In this document: in pieces, positions 8,348 through 17,295 of the stretch
How the letters are laid out: each line of letters starts with the position of its first letter
How positions within the stretch are numbered: the first letter of the stretch is position 1
Origin: an uncultured Myxococcales bacterium
GTDB lineage: Bacteria > Myxococcota_A > Polyangia > HGW-17 > SLPX01
DNA: 64,000 nucleotides
NCBI GenBank assembly: GCA_964539505.1
Contig: CAZIJS010000003.1
Location: forward strand, 305-64,304
Direction of reading: 5' to 3'
The notes under the pieces: model-generated
What the model saw: the letters and a program-made list of their open reading frames with translations, nothing else
Databases searched by the model: none
Told to the model about the DNA's origin: nothing
Position numbers and translations under genes: made by a program

Positions 8348-10048
8348 TTACTTGCAGGAAGCTGCCGGTCCGGTGATCTTCGAGTTGAGTTGTTTGCCGC
8401 AGTTTTTCATGGTCGGGTTGTGCTGGCAGAGATTTTTGCGCACCGTTTCTGCGTCCAGTCCGGAAAACATGAATCGGTTGTTGACGAGCCAGGTGGGACT
8501 GGCATCGATGCCGAGATCCTCCGCCGTTTTGAAGCTCTCTGTCAGGAGCCTCGTGCCTTCGCCTCTCTTGACGCAGCGGGCAATCCTCGATGCCCGGATG
8601 CGACCCGTTGCACAGCGCTTCCAGTCGTCGGACCGAGGGTTTTTGTTGCGGCACCAGATGTAGTCCATGTATTGGTAATTCTTTGGATAATGTTTCATGG
8701 CGCAAAGCGCGCGCTTGTCTTCTTCCACTTCCTTGGGGCCGTGCATGGAACTCAGGCTGCCGTTCGCTCGTTTGGTGCCGATGTAGTGGATGTGGAAATC
8801 GATCTCACCCTTGAAGTTGGTGAGGACTTCTTTCATGGAGTTGAGTGCCTTGATCCCGAAGGGGCAACGGGACATGACGAAGAGGTCGAGGCGCTTGGGC
8901 TTTTGTGTGCGGCAGACCAGTTTTGTTTTGCAGGTGCTGTCGGCGCAGTCCACCTTGCCGTTGCCCGTGTCGTCTTTGCCGTTGTCACAGATTTCGGCCG
9001 TAGGATCGAACTTTGCGCCCAGCCGCAGGCTTCGATAGGGTCCTGCCTGGGTCATCCAGGGCCGGAGTCGGGGATAGGCCTTGGTCTGTTCGACTCTCTG
9101 GTCGAAAAGGAGGGCTGGAAGGAATCTGAGCTTTGCCTCGCCAAAGAGCTGTTTTCCGTCAGGGCTGGAGTAGTCCAGGGTCCTGATTTTTGCTCCGGGA
9201 AACAGACGCCGCATGGAGCGAAGGAGCCTGTTTGCCCGGAGACAGATGGGCTGCTTGCAGCGCTGGTCTGTGAGCAGGGTGACCTGCAGGGTCACTGGCT
9301 TTTTCACCGTGACGCAGACAGCCGGTCTGCTTCCAGACATTGCCTGGCAGACGACGCGCATGAAATCCTCTTGGGACCGATTTCCGGAATACCGTCGATT
9401 GGCCACGTAGATGGTCGGGCTGCCGCGCACGTTTCGGGCCCTGCTCTTGGCCGCGGATTTGGCGAGCAGTTTGTCTCCATCCGGGCCGAACGCACAAGCC
9501 TTCAACGCCGTGCCATCGATCCCGGTCCTCTTGGCGCATTGCATCCATGAATTGGAGACCGTCCGGGGGTTTTCGCCTTGGCACGAGAGAAAGTCGAGGA
9601 ATCGGTCCGGGGCGATCTCCCTGGCGCAGAGTTGTATCTTGTCACCCAGCACTTCCGCGGGACCATGCAGGCTGGAGAATTGGCCGGGACGACCCGACAC
9701 GATGTAGTCGATCTGGAGATTCACCCGGTTGCCGATTTGCTTGACCGCCGGGATGAGGTTCTGCAGGGCCCGCGCAGCATAGGGGCACATGGACATCACG
9801 TAGATTTCCACTGTGACAGGCTTTCCCGGTGCCTGGCTTGCCTGCGAAGATTCAGGCCTGCCATCTGGTCGGTTTTTCTCCTGATGCCCTGCGGTTTTGC
9901 CGCTTCCCACGAAATCTCGATTGTGCTTTTTGTCACGGGCCGCTCGGGCCTTTGGTTCCGTCGATCCCTGGTGCAGGGTGCTCTTCGTGTTGCAGGCCGA
10001 CACGAGAAACAGAAAAACCAGGGCAAGGGTGCGATCATTGCTAATCAT
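8348..10048 (-). CDS. Lipoprotein built from repeated thioredoxin-fold (DsbA/GILT-like) modules, paralog 1
   Basis: 566 aa with lipobox FLVSAC. Modules begin VEIYVMSMCPYAARAL and LDLFVMSRCPFGIKAL. Between them lie a CKQPIC module and a Cys/Asp-rich linker, ICDNGKDDTGNGKVDCADSTC. The family assignment comes from motif memory only. Confidence 0.7.
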   Translation of the reverse strand: MISNDRTLALVFLFLVSACNTKSTLHQGSTEPKARAARDKKHNRDFVGSGKTAGHQEKNRPDGRPESSQASQAPGKPVTVEIYVMSMCPYAARALQNLIPAVKQIGNRVNLQIDYIVSGRPGQFSSLHGPAEVLGDKIQLCAREIAPDRFLDFLSCQGENPRTVSNSWMQCAKRTGIDGTALKACAFGPDGDKLLAKSAAKSRARNVRGSPTIYVANRRYSGNRSQEDFMRVVCQAMSGSRPAVCVTVKKPVTLQVTLLTDQRCKQPICLRANRLLRSMRRLFPGAKIRTLDYSSPDGKQLFGEAKLRFLPALLFDQRVEQTKAYPRLRPWMTQAGPYRSLRLGAKFDPTAEICDNGKDDTGNGKVDCADSTCKTKLVCRTQKPKRLDLFVMSRCPFGIKALNSMKEVLTNFKGEIDFHIHYIGTKRANGSLSSMHGPKEVEEDKRALCAMKHYPKNYQYMDYIWCRNKNPRSDDWKRCATGRIRASRIARCVKRGEGTRLLTESFKTAEDLGIDASPTWLVNNRFMFSGLDAETVRKNLCQHNPTMKNCGKQLNSKITGPAASCK

Positions 10049-10224
10049 GTGGTCATTTCCTTCTTTTAAGGTTGCGTCTCAGACATCGAGGCCGGCTGAG
10101 CCTTGGGCGCTCCTGCTGCCCACCAGTCAGAGGAAAATAGCCATGTGGTCTCTGCGAGTCGATACTCTTTTCCTTTTTATACGTTCTTTATCCGCGTTCG
10201 GGTCTTTTTTTTTCACGGGCTGTT

Positions 10225-10264
10225 TGGCAGGCTGCGTTGCAGGCCTGGTGGCCGGTTGCGTTGC
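10225..10264. repeat. Orphan 40-nt copy (1 mismatch) of part of the PATQ coding repeat at 2896..2935
   Basis: The sequence tggcaggctgcgttgcaggcctggt(g/a)gccggttgcgttgc is seen at both places. This copy lies in the aroDE / paralog-1 intergenic region. The PATQ reading frame here has no usable start codon. Confidence 0.9.
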
Positions 10265-10278
10265 TGCGAGCAGACGGA

Positions 10279-11835
10279 TCAGCCGGGTTTGCGAAGAATC
10301 TCATCGGTGCGTTCGATCATCCAGGCTTCATCGGGAGCCCTGCCGGTCCAGCGTCTCATCTGCGCCCGTCCCTGGGCCACCCACATGTGGAGGCCCGACC
10401 GGACGAGGACGGCCCCGGCCTGCCGTGCAGCCCGGACCAACGGGCTTGGGTGGGGACGCAAGAGCATGTCGAAGACCACCTTGCCCTGGAGTAAGCCGGG
10501 GTCGAAGGGCAGGCTTTCGCCGTCTCGTCCCAAGGGGGTGGCATTGACCAGGACATCGAAGGCGATGCGCTCTCGCTCCGACCAGGGGGCGATGCTGCAG
10601 CCGAGACGTCGTGCCAGGGGCCGGGCCCGGTCGGTGTTGCGCACCGCCAAGGTGACATGGGCGCCAAGACCAGTGAGCGTCCAGATGGCGGCAGCAGCGG
10701 CACCTCCGCCGCCAAGGACCAGGGCACCTCGGCCGTCGAGCGATCCTGCTCCTCTGAGTGCCTGCCGGATGCCATGGACGTCGGTGTTGAGGGCTTGCCA
10801 GCCTTCGGGGCCATTCGGGTCTGGGCCGCCGGCCCGTTTTGAGCCGGCCGCAACGATGGATTTGTGGCAGAGCGTGTTGGCCGCTCCCACTGCCTGCGCT
10901 TGGGGATGGACGTCCTGGGCCATGGCCAGGGCTGCGGCCTTGTGCGGCATGGTCACCGAGGCGCCCACCAACCCCAGCCGGCGCAAGATTGCCACGCCGC
11001 GAGGAAAATGCGCGGTTTGGGCCGCCAGGTATTGGAAGGGCAGCCTCTGTGCTGCGAGCCATTCATTGTAGACCATGGGGCCGGGCGAGTCCTGGACCGA
11101 GGGACCGCCAATGAGGGCCAGCAGGTGGGTGGGCTCTTCCAGCCGCAGCAGCCTGGCTGCTTCGAGATCGATTTGCCCGGGGGCTGTGGCTGTCTGATTG
11201 CCTGCTGCGACGTAGGTCCAGGCACTGCCCAGACGGCGGTATCGAACGCGTCCCAGGGTCCCGGCCGGTCCCATGGGAACAAGGACGACTCGGCGCCCCG
11301 AGAGAACCGGGCCGAGTCCGTCGAAGACGTCCAGGTCCGCGACATCCTCCACTGATGCCGCCAGCTTGATCCACCGAGCGGGCAAGCCGGCCATTGCCTC
11401 GGCGCGTTTGCGCAAGGCCGCCCCACTCTGTGGGCCGACAGGCTGCCAGAAGTGGGACGAGACCAGGATGCGGCCGGGTCCAAAGCGGCGAGCCAGTCGT
11501 TCCATGTCCTGGCGGCGACTGTCCCATTCCATGTCCACTGCCCAGGCTCCGGCTTCGAGGGCCTTTTCCAAGAGGGAGATACGCGTCCTTTCGGGACCGT
11601 CGAAGGCGCCGCCTTCGCGTGCGGGTCGACAGGTCACTAGGATTCTATGTGACCGCGCCCTTTGCCGGATGAGCCGCAGGTGGGCGGCAACGTCCTGGGA
11701 ATGGTCCAGGCGGACCTCGTGGAAAGGCTCGTTGCTCGTATCGAGTCTGGTTTCTGTTTCCTCGGCAGTGGGATCGGCTGCGGTGATGCAGAGCATGGAA
11801 AAATGTGAAAGAGCAGAGTGGAAGGCGCGGGGCAT
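10279..11835 (-). CDS. aroDE: Bifunctional 3-dehydroquinate dehydratase (type I) / shikimate 5-dehydrogenase fusion
   Basis: 518 aa. The N-half is AroD-like (HEVRLDH, ILVTCRP..EGG, ILVSSHFW, WIKLAA). The C-half is AroE-like (GASVTMPHK, GAANTL, NTDVHG, LVLGGGGAAAAA, LVNATPLG). Confidence 0.9.
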   Translation of the reverse strand: MPRAFHSALSHFSMLCITAADPTAEETETRLDTSNEPFHEVRLDHSQDVAAHLRLIRQRARSHRILVTCRPAREGGAFDGPERTRISLLEKALEAGAWAVDMEWDSRRQDMERLARRFGPGRILVSSHFWQPVGPQSGAALRKRAEAMAGLPARWIKLAASVEDVADLDVFDGLGPVLSGRRVVLVPMGPAGTLGRVRYRRLGSAWTYVAAGNQTATAPGQIDLEAARLLRLEEPTHLLALIGGPSVQDSPGPMVYNEWLAAQRLPFQYLAAQTAHFPRGVAILRRLGLVGASVTMPHKAAALAMAQDVHPQAQAVGAANTLCHKSIVAAGSKRAGGPDPNGPEGWQALNTDVHGIRQALRGAGSLDGRGALVLGGGGAAAAAIWTLTGLGAHVTLAVRNTDRARPLARRLGCSIAPWSERERIAFDVLVNATPLGRDGESLPFDPGLLQGKVVFDMLLRPHPSPLVRAARQAGAVLVRSGLHMWVAQGRAQMRRWTGRAPDEAWMIERTDEILRKPG

Positions 11836-11872
11836 CGGCGGCTGTCGAGCCGATGCCCCGGTGACGTTGGGA

Positions 11873-13480
11873 CTACTTGCAGGAACCCTTCGGGCCCGTC
11901 ACCTTGGAGCTGAGCTTCTTGTTGCAGTTCTTCATGCCCTTGTTGTGCTGGCAGATGTTGCGCCGTACGGTTTCGGCATCGATACCAGAGAACTTGAAGC
12001 GGTTGTTGGCGAGCCAGGTGGGGCTGGCACCGAATCCGAGCTTGTTGGAAAACTCCATGCTGTCGGCCAGCAGCTTTTTGCCTTCGTCGCCCTTGGCGCA
12101 CTTTTCGATTTTGGCGGCGTCGATGCCGTTTTTGGCACAGGACTTCCAGTCGTCGGACCGGATGTTCTTGTTGCGGCACCAGATGTACTCCATGTACTTG
12201 TGGTCTTTGGGATAGTACTTCATGGCGCAGAGTTCGCGCTTGTCTTCTTCCACTTCCTTGGGTCCGTGCATGGAACTCAGGCTGCCGTCCGGGCGCTTGC
12301 GGCCGATGTAGTGGATGTTGAAGTTGAGCTCGTTTTTGAAGTTGGCCAGCACCTCTTTCATTGCGTTGAGCGCCTTGATGCCGAAGGGGCAGTGGGACAT
12401 GACGAACAGGTCGAGACGCTTGGGCTCTTCTTTGCGGCAGACCATCTTGTCCTTACAGGAGTCGTCTGCGCAGTCCACTTTGCCGTTGCCGGTGTCGTCT
12501 TTGCCGTTGTCGCAGATTTCCGCATTGGGGTCGAACTTGGCGCCCACGCGCAGGTTCTGGTACTTGCCCGCCGGGCGGAGCCAGCGCTTGATCCGGGCAT
12601 ATCCTTCCGCCTTCTTGACCGTGTCGTCGAACAGGACCGCCGGCAGGAACTTCAGTTTGGCCTCGGCATAGAGCTTTTTGCCCTCGGGGCTGGAGTAGTC
12701 CAGGTTTTTCACCTTGGCGCCGGGGAAGAGGCGCTGCATGGATCGAACGATCCCTTTGGCCCGCAGGCAAGCACGCTCTTTGCAGCGCTTGTCGTTGAGC
12801 ACGATGATGTTGACGTCCACCGGCTTGGGAATGTTGGAGCAGGCAGCCGGCTTGCTTCCGGTCATGGCCTGGCACAGTCCGCGCATGAAGTCACGCTGGG
12901 TCCTGCCCCCGGCATAGCGCTTTCCTGCGACATAGATGGTGGGGCTGCCTCTGGCATTCCTGGCCTTGGCCCTGGCAGCGGACTCCTTGAGGAGTTTTTT
13001 GCCCTCTGGGCCGTCTTTGCACTTTTGCAGGGCGGCCTTGTTGATGCCCGTCTTCATGGCACATTGCGCCCAATTCGTGTGGACCTGTCTGGGGCTCTTG
13101 TTCTGGCAGAGGATGAAATCGAGATACTTGTCTGGGGCGATTTTTTTGGCGCAGAGCTGCACGATATCGCCGGTCACTTCGTTTGGGCCGTGGAGGCTGC
13201 GGAAGTTGTCGCCCTGTGGAGTGACGATATAGTCGATGTGGAGATCGACTTTGTTTCCCATTTTCTTGGCAACGGGGATCATGGCGTTGACGGCCCGGAC
13301 CCCGAAGGGGCACATGGACATCACGTACATCTCCACCTTGACCGCGTCGGCAGCGGGCTTGACCGCGGATCCAGACGAACCTTTCTTTTCATTTTTTTGG
13401 TTGCCGCATGCCGATGTGAGCAACAAGGCGGCTCCTGCCAGCAGCGCATAGTGCATGTTTGTTCTGCCAAACCTCATCAC
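11873..13480 (-). CDS. Lipoprotein built from repeated thioredoxin-fold (DsbA/GILT-like) modules, paralog 2
   Basis: 535 aa with lipobox LLTSAC. It is collinear with 8348..10048 (VEMYVMSMCPFGVRAV; LDLFVMSHCPFGIKALNAMKEVL; ICDNGKDDTGNGKVDCADDSC). A 54-nt DNA stretch, 12235..12288, matches 8710..8763 with 1 mismatch. Confidence 0.7.
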   Translation of the reverse strand: MMRFGRTNMHYALLAGAALLLTSACGNQKNEKKGSSGSAVKPAADAVKVEMYVMSMCPFGVRAVNAMIPVAKKMGNKVDLHIDYIVTPQGDNFRSLHGPNEVTGDIVQLCAKKIAPDKYLDFILCQNKSPRQVHTNWAQCAMKTGINKAALQKCKDGPEGKKLLKESAARAKARNARGSPTIYVAGKRYAGGRTQRDFMRGLCQAMTGSKPAACSNIPKPVDVNIIVLNDKRCKERACLRAKGIVRSMQRLFPGAKVKNLDYSSPEGKKLYAEAKLKFLPAVLFDDTVKKAEGYARIKRWLRPAGKYQNLRVGAKFDPNAEICDNGKDDTGNGKVDCADDSCKDKMVCRKEEPKRLDLFVMSHCPFGIKALNAMKEVLANFKNELNFNIHYIGRKRPDGSLSSMHGPKEVEEDKRELCAMKYYPKDHKYMEYIWCRNKNIRSDDWKSCAKNGIDAAKIEKCAKGDEGKKLLADSMEFSNKLGFGASPTWLANNRFKFSGIDAETVRRNICQHNKGMKNCNKKLSSKVTGPKGSCK

Positions 13481-13647
13481 GGTAACTCTCCTTTCGATAC
13501 GATGGTCCCGGGTGCTCGACCAGCCCGTCTCGTTGGCGGGTTACGAAGCTTTTCTGGGCCGACCACGTTTTTTTCCGGATAGTTCGTTCCAATAGCATAT
13601 AGCTGCATCTTTGTGGGCTTGAGTGGGCAAAATGTCAACGACAAAAG

Positions 13648-15588
13648 TTACGTATGGACGTCGGACCATGCGCAATTCACACAGCAAGCATAAGGACCCA
13701 CGGCCAGCGCCGGGGCTTGGCACCTCGGGCAGTTCGTGGGCCCGACGCCGCGGTTCGATGGTTTCATAGGAGCCTGATTTTCTCCGGCATGGGGGGCGGG
13801 AACGGCCGCCTTGGTGGTTGGTGCGAGCCCCATTTCCAGGATTTGCTGCGGCCTGGATCCTTGGCGAAACAGGGTGACGCCCTTGCAGTCCAATGCGTGG
13901 GCCGCGAGGAAAATATCGAACACCACGTCCGGACTGCTCGTCTCGGGCAGATTGATGGTTTTCGAGACACTGTTGTCCACGTGACGCTGAAACGCCGCCT
14001 GGATTTCCAGGTGTCGCTTCCAACCGATCTCCTGGGCGGTCACAAACAGGCTTCGAAAAGCCTCAGGGATGCCTCGTGAGTCAGACAGGAGTCCTGTGGC
14101 CAGCACGCCAGGCGCCAGGTCTTTCCATGACAGGCCCCATCGCCTGGTTGCAGGTTCGAGGGTGGGCACTATTTCCTGGAAGATCCGTCCGTCCAGGGCT
14201 TTTCGCCGCATGGCCAGCGCGAAGTATGGTTCGATCCCGGCACTGCACCCGGCGATGATGCTGATGGTTCCCGTGGGCGCAATCGAGAGTCTGGTGGCGT
14301 TTCGAACCGGCGGCTTTCCTTCCGCTGCCAGCCGACTGGCGGCGAATTCGGGGAAGGGACCGCGCTCATCGGCGAGGGCCTGGGATGCCCTTTCGGTTTG
14401 CCGGGAGATGAAGGACATGATCCGCTCGGCCCATTGGACCGCCTGCTGTGAATCGTACGAAACATCGAGCGCCACCAGCATGTCTGCAAAGCCCATGACA
14501 CCCAGGCCGATTTTTCTGGTGGCCCGGGACCGTTGCGCGATTTCTGTGATGGGAAATCGGTTGACCTCGATGACGTCGTCCAAAAACCTCGTAGAGATCC
14601 AGACTGTGTCAGCCAGGGCCTGCCAGTCCAGGTCCGATCCCTGGGTGAATTTGGCCAGGTTGATGCTGCCCAGGGTGCATGCCTCATAGGGAAGCAGCGG
14701 CAATTCTCCGCATGGGTTCGTGGCGCTGAGCCGCCCCAGGTGGGGCGTGGGATTGTCTCGTTCGATGCGGTCCAAGTAGAGGACGCCGGGATCGCCGCTC
14801 GCCCAAGCCGACAGTGCCATGATGGTCAGGATGTCTCGGGCTTTGATCGTGGCGGTCCGTTTTCCCGAGATTGGGTCCAGCAGGTCTTGGTTTCCTCCCT
14901 TGTCCAGGGCATCCATGAATGAGTCGGAGACAGCCACCGAAAGGTTGAAGTTCTCGAGCTGGCCGGGTTTCAGCTTTGCCGTGACAAACTCCAGGATCGC
15001 GGGATGGTTCACGGCCAACACCGCCATGTTGGCTCCCCTTCTTGGGTCTTCGTTGGCTGCCAGACTCGTGGCTTCATCGAAGCGCCTGAGGCGATCCATG
15101 GGGGAGGCCCGCCCGAGAGGAGAGAGAGGGGTCAGGTCGAATCCGGTTCCCCCACCCGTCCGGTGGATCTGGAGCATGTCCTGCAATGTGTCTTTCTGTG
15201 GTGATGTGGCGGGCAGGACGAAGCAGGCAGAAAGTTGGCCGCCGCCCTCGGTGGCATTCATGAGTGTGGGTGAATTGGGCAAAAAGGCCTGCCGGAGCAT
15301 GACGAGGGTGAAGAGTTCCGCCCAGAGGTTCAGATCCCCGTTCCATTGCCTTTCGGCCTGGGCAACGTGCGCTGCAACCCTGTGGACCATCTCTTCCGGG
15401 GACTCTCCGATGTGACCATCCCTGTCCCTGCGCAGGTACCGGGCATCGAGGATCTCCCGGGCTGTCTGGGAAATCGCCAGGCTCCTGGGCGCTTTTCGGG
15501 AGAGTCGTTCCAACGCTGATTTGGGCTCGAATGTCAGTGGCGGCCTCCTTTTCATGCCTTGCGAATACCCCGGCAAGGGCGGTTCCAT
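13648..15588 (-). CDS. nrdJ: Adenosylcobalamin-dependent (class II) ribonucleotide reductase
   Basis: 646 aa. Motifs: FLPNSPTLMNA, LSACFVLP, GGGTGFDL, NPCGELPL..YEACTLGS, KIGLGVMGFADML. The C-terminal tail is CPRCQ...CCVNC. Confidence 0.9.
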   Translation of the reverse strand: MEPPLPGYSQGMKRRPPLTFEPKSALERLSRKAPRSLAISQTAREILDARYLRRDRDGHIGESPEEMVHRVAAHVAQAERQWNGDLNLWAELFTLVMLRQAFLPNSPTLMNATEGGGQLSACFVLPATSPQKDTLQDMLQIHRTGGGTGFDLTPLSPLGRASPMDRLRRFDEATSLAANEDPRRGANMAVLAVNHPAILEFVTAKLKPGQLENFNLSVAVSDSFMDALDKGGNQDLLDPISGKRTATIKARDILTIMALSAWASGDPGVLYLDRIERDNPTPHLGRLSATNPCGELPLLPYEACTLGSINLAKFTQGSDLDWQALADTVWISTRFLDDVIEVNRFPITEIAQRSRATRKIGLGVMGFADMLVALDVSYDSQQAVQWAERIMSFISRQTERASQALADERGPFPEFAASRLAAEGKPPVRNATRLSIAPTGTISIIAGCSAGIEPYFALAMRRKALDGRIFQEIVPTLEPATRRWGLSWKDLAPGVLATGLLSDSRGIPEAFRSLFVTAQEIGWKRHLEIQAAFQRHVDNSVSKTINLPETSSPDVVFDIFLAAHALDCKGVTLFRQGSRPQQILEMGLAPTTKAAVPAPHAGENQAPMKPSNRGVGPTNCPRCQAPALAVGPYACCVNCAWSDVHT

Positions 15589-15852
15589 GTCCTTTTTTTC
15601 GTATCATGGTGCCTTGTCCAGCGGCTTGTCCAGCCCGTTTTTGCCTGGTCAATCCCGATGTCACTGAGCCACGTTGGCAGGGCGGCCCGAAGACGCCAAA
15701 AGCGGCATCGACTCGATCCAGGGGGCACCTTCCCCGTTCTGTCGGATGGGCATGACTGTTGCACAGGTATGCGCCGAGACAGGGCCTGGTGGCAGAAAAA
15801 AGCCACTGGTCCCTTGATTTCTGGACCCAAGAAAGGAGGCGCTGGATCCGCC

Positions 15853-17160
15853 ATGTCCGTCCTCTCGGGATTCCTCTATTTTGTGGGGCTCTGGACATCT
15901 TTGCCAGCGACGGTCTGGCTGCCCACGCAGAGACCTCGTCCCCCTTGTCCGGTCCGTCATGTTGCCTTGTCCGATGCCGGGACCCTGGCGGTGTCCGATG
16001 GGCGGCGTGTCTTCGCGCTCCACCCAAGGGCATCGGCCTGGCGCCGGGTGGGATGGGTCAAGAACAGCAGCCAGGCGGGCCAGGACTTGTCCGTGACAGG
16101 GATGGTGTTCTGCCGTGATCGCCTCCTGGTCGCAGGATCTGGAAGGCTCGAAATTTGGAGCGAGAAGAGCCGAAGTGTCCTGGTGGGTCCGTCGGGACTC
16201 GGGAAACTCTCGGGCGTGGTGACTGCCGGTCGCAGGGTAGTTGCCTGGTCTCACTCGCGAGTCTGGGAGAGTCCGGATTGCGGCGGTCATTGGCAACCTC
16301 GGCCGGTGGTCGTGGGAGAGCGCCTCCAGGCCTTGGCGCTGTCTGGCCGCTGGCGACTGTGGCTCACCGACCGTGGTGTCACTGCATCCCTTGGTTGGTC
16401 GGTTTCGAGATACCATCGCCCCTTTACCGGCCTGAACTCTCTCGTGGTGGCACAGATGGAGAGAGGTCTCGTGGTGGCGGTGGGGGGCCGAGGGCTGGTG
16501 CGCATCATGTCCCTGACCACGGGGCGCCATCTTGCCCGACTCGTGGTGCCGGGCCGCCGTTTCGTCTCCGACCCCGGCGGAGGGTTTTGGATCATGGGTC
16601 AGGGGTTGATTCGGGTCCCGCCCAGCGGGCGGGCCCATCGTGCGGACATGGGGTTGCCTGCCCGCCCCATGCTCGCCGCGTCACATCACCAGGTGCTTGC
16701 CGTGACCAGAGCGGGTATCTACCAGCGCGAGGTCATCTGGTTGGCGCGGACTCGGTTGGTATCGGGCCGTCCCTGCCGGGTAAGTGGCTTTTTCGGTGCG
16801 GGGCACGGATTCGGGCCTGCGGGCCTGGCTTCGTTGGCGCCGGACCTGTCTCTTCGAGCCGGTGCTTTGCCCCAGGGAGAAAGCAGGTCCAGCATGGGCT
16901 TTGGATGGCGGGTCTTTATGGAACTGCTTTGGCGCCCTTCGTCCTCGACGAGTTCACGAGCGGAAGGCATCGGGATTCGAATACGTAGACGGAAGTTGCG
17001 CAGGGATCTGTCGTGGCGGCAGAGACTGTCGTCCTGCCGGCGATGGAAGGCTCTCGCGGAAAGGAACGTGTCCTGGAGCGTCGCTGTTCGTCTCGGAATT
17101 CGGCTCGGCCTGGAACGAGCAGCCGCGATTTTGGCCGGCTGGGATCTCGTCGCGCCGTGA
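15853..17160 (+). CDS. Hypothetical protein (N-terminal hydrophobic segment, repeat-like beta-rich body)
   Basis: ATG at 15853 behind a strong AAAGGAGG. The long ORF 15559..17160 is trimmed to this start. I recognised no family. Confidence 0.55.
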   Translation: MSVLSGFLYFVGLWTSLPATVWLPTQRPRPPCPVRHVALSDAGTLAVSDGRRVFALHPRASAWRRVGWVKNSSQAGQDLSVTGMVFCRDRLLVAGSGRLEIWSEKSRSVLVGPSGLGKLSGVVTAGRRVVAWSHSRVWESPDCGGHWQPRPVVVGERLQALALSGRWRLWLTDRGVTASLGWSVSRYHRPFTGLNSLVVAQMERGLVVAVGGRGLVRIMSLTTGRHLARLVVPGRRFVSDPGGGFWIMGQGLIRVPPSGRAHRADMGLPARPMLAASHHQVLAVTRAGIYQREVIWLARTRLVSGRPCRVSGFFGAGHGFGPAGLASLAPDLSLRAGALPQGESRSSMGFGWRVFMELLWRPSSSTSSRAEGIGIRIRRRKLRRDLSWRQRLSSCRRWKALAERNVSWSVAVRLGIRLGLERAAAILAGWDLVAP

Positions 17161-17295
17161 CCCGTGGGGACGAGTGCTCTGGCATGGCAGGTCCCGCAGG
17201 AAGGCAAGGGGTCGACAGACAAGTGCGGGCATGTGGCGGGATTGCAGCGGTGACGGGAAGCTGTTTGGTATCGGCTGGGATCTTAGGAGGATGGC

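Noticed and set aside
13481-13647. An AT-richer patch with TTGACA and gcagctatatgctat between the nrdJ stop and the paralog-2 start, considered as an NrdR box or strong promoter.
   Set aside because: It lies downstream of nrdJ, not upstream. The sequence is not a true palindrome, and no -10 hexamer sits at a proper distance from the TTGACA.
15589-15852. A possible cobalamin riboswitch or NrdR box in the 264-nt region upstream of nrdJ. On the nrdJ-sense strand the sequence ggggaaggtgcc resembles the GGGAA..GGUG core, and GCCACTG is present on the plus strand.
   Set aside because: The B12-box-like pieces lie on opposite strands. The GGGAA-GGUG spacing is wrong, and no AGCCAGGAGACCUGCC-like B12 box follows. 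I saw no AT-rich 16-bp NrdR palindrome. This should still be run through Rfam RF00174 to be certain.
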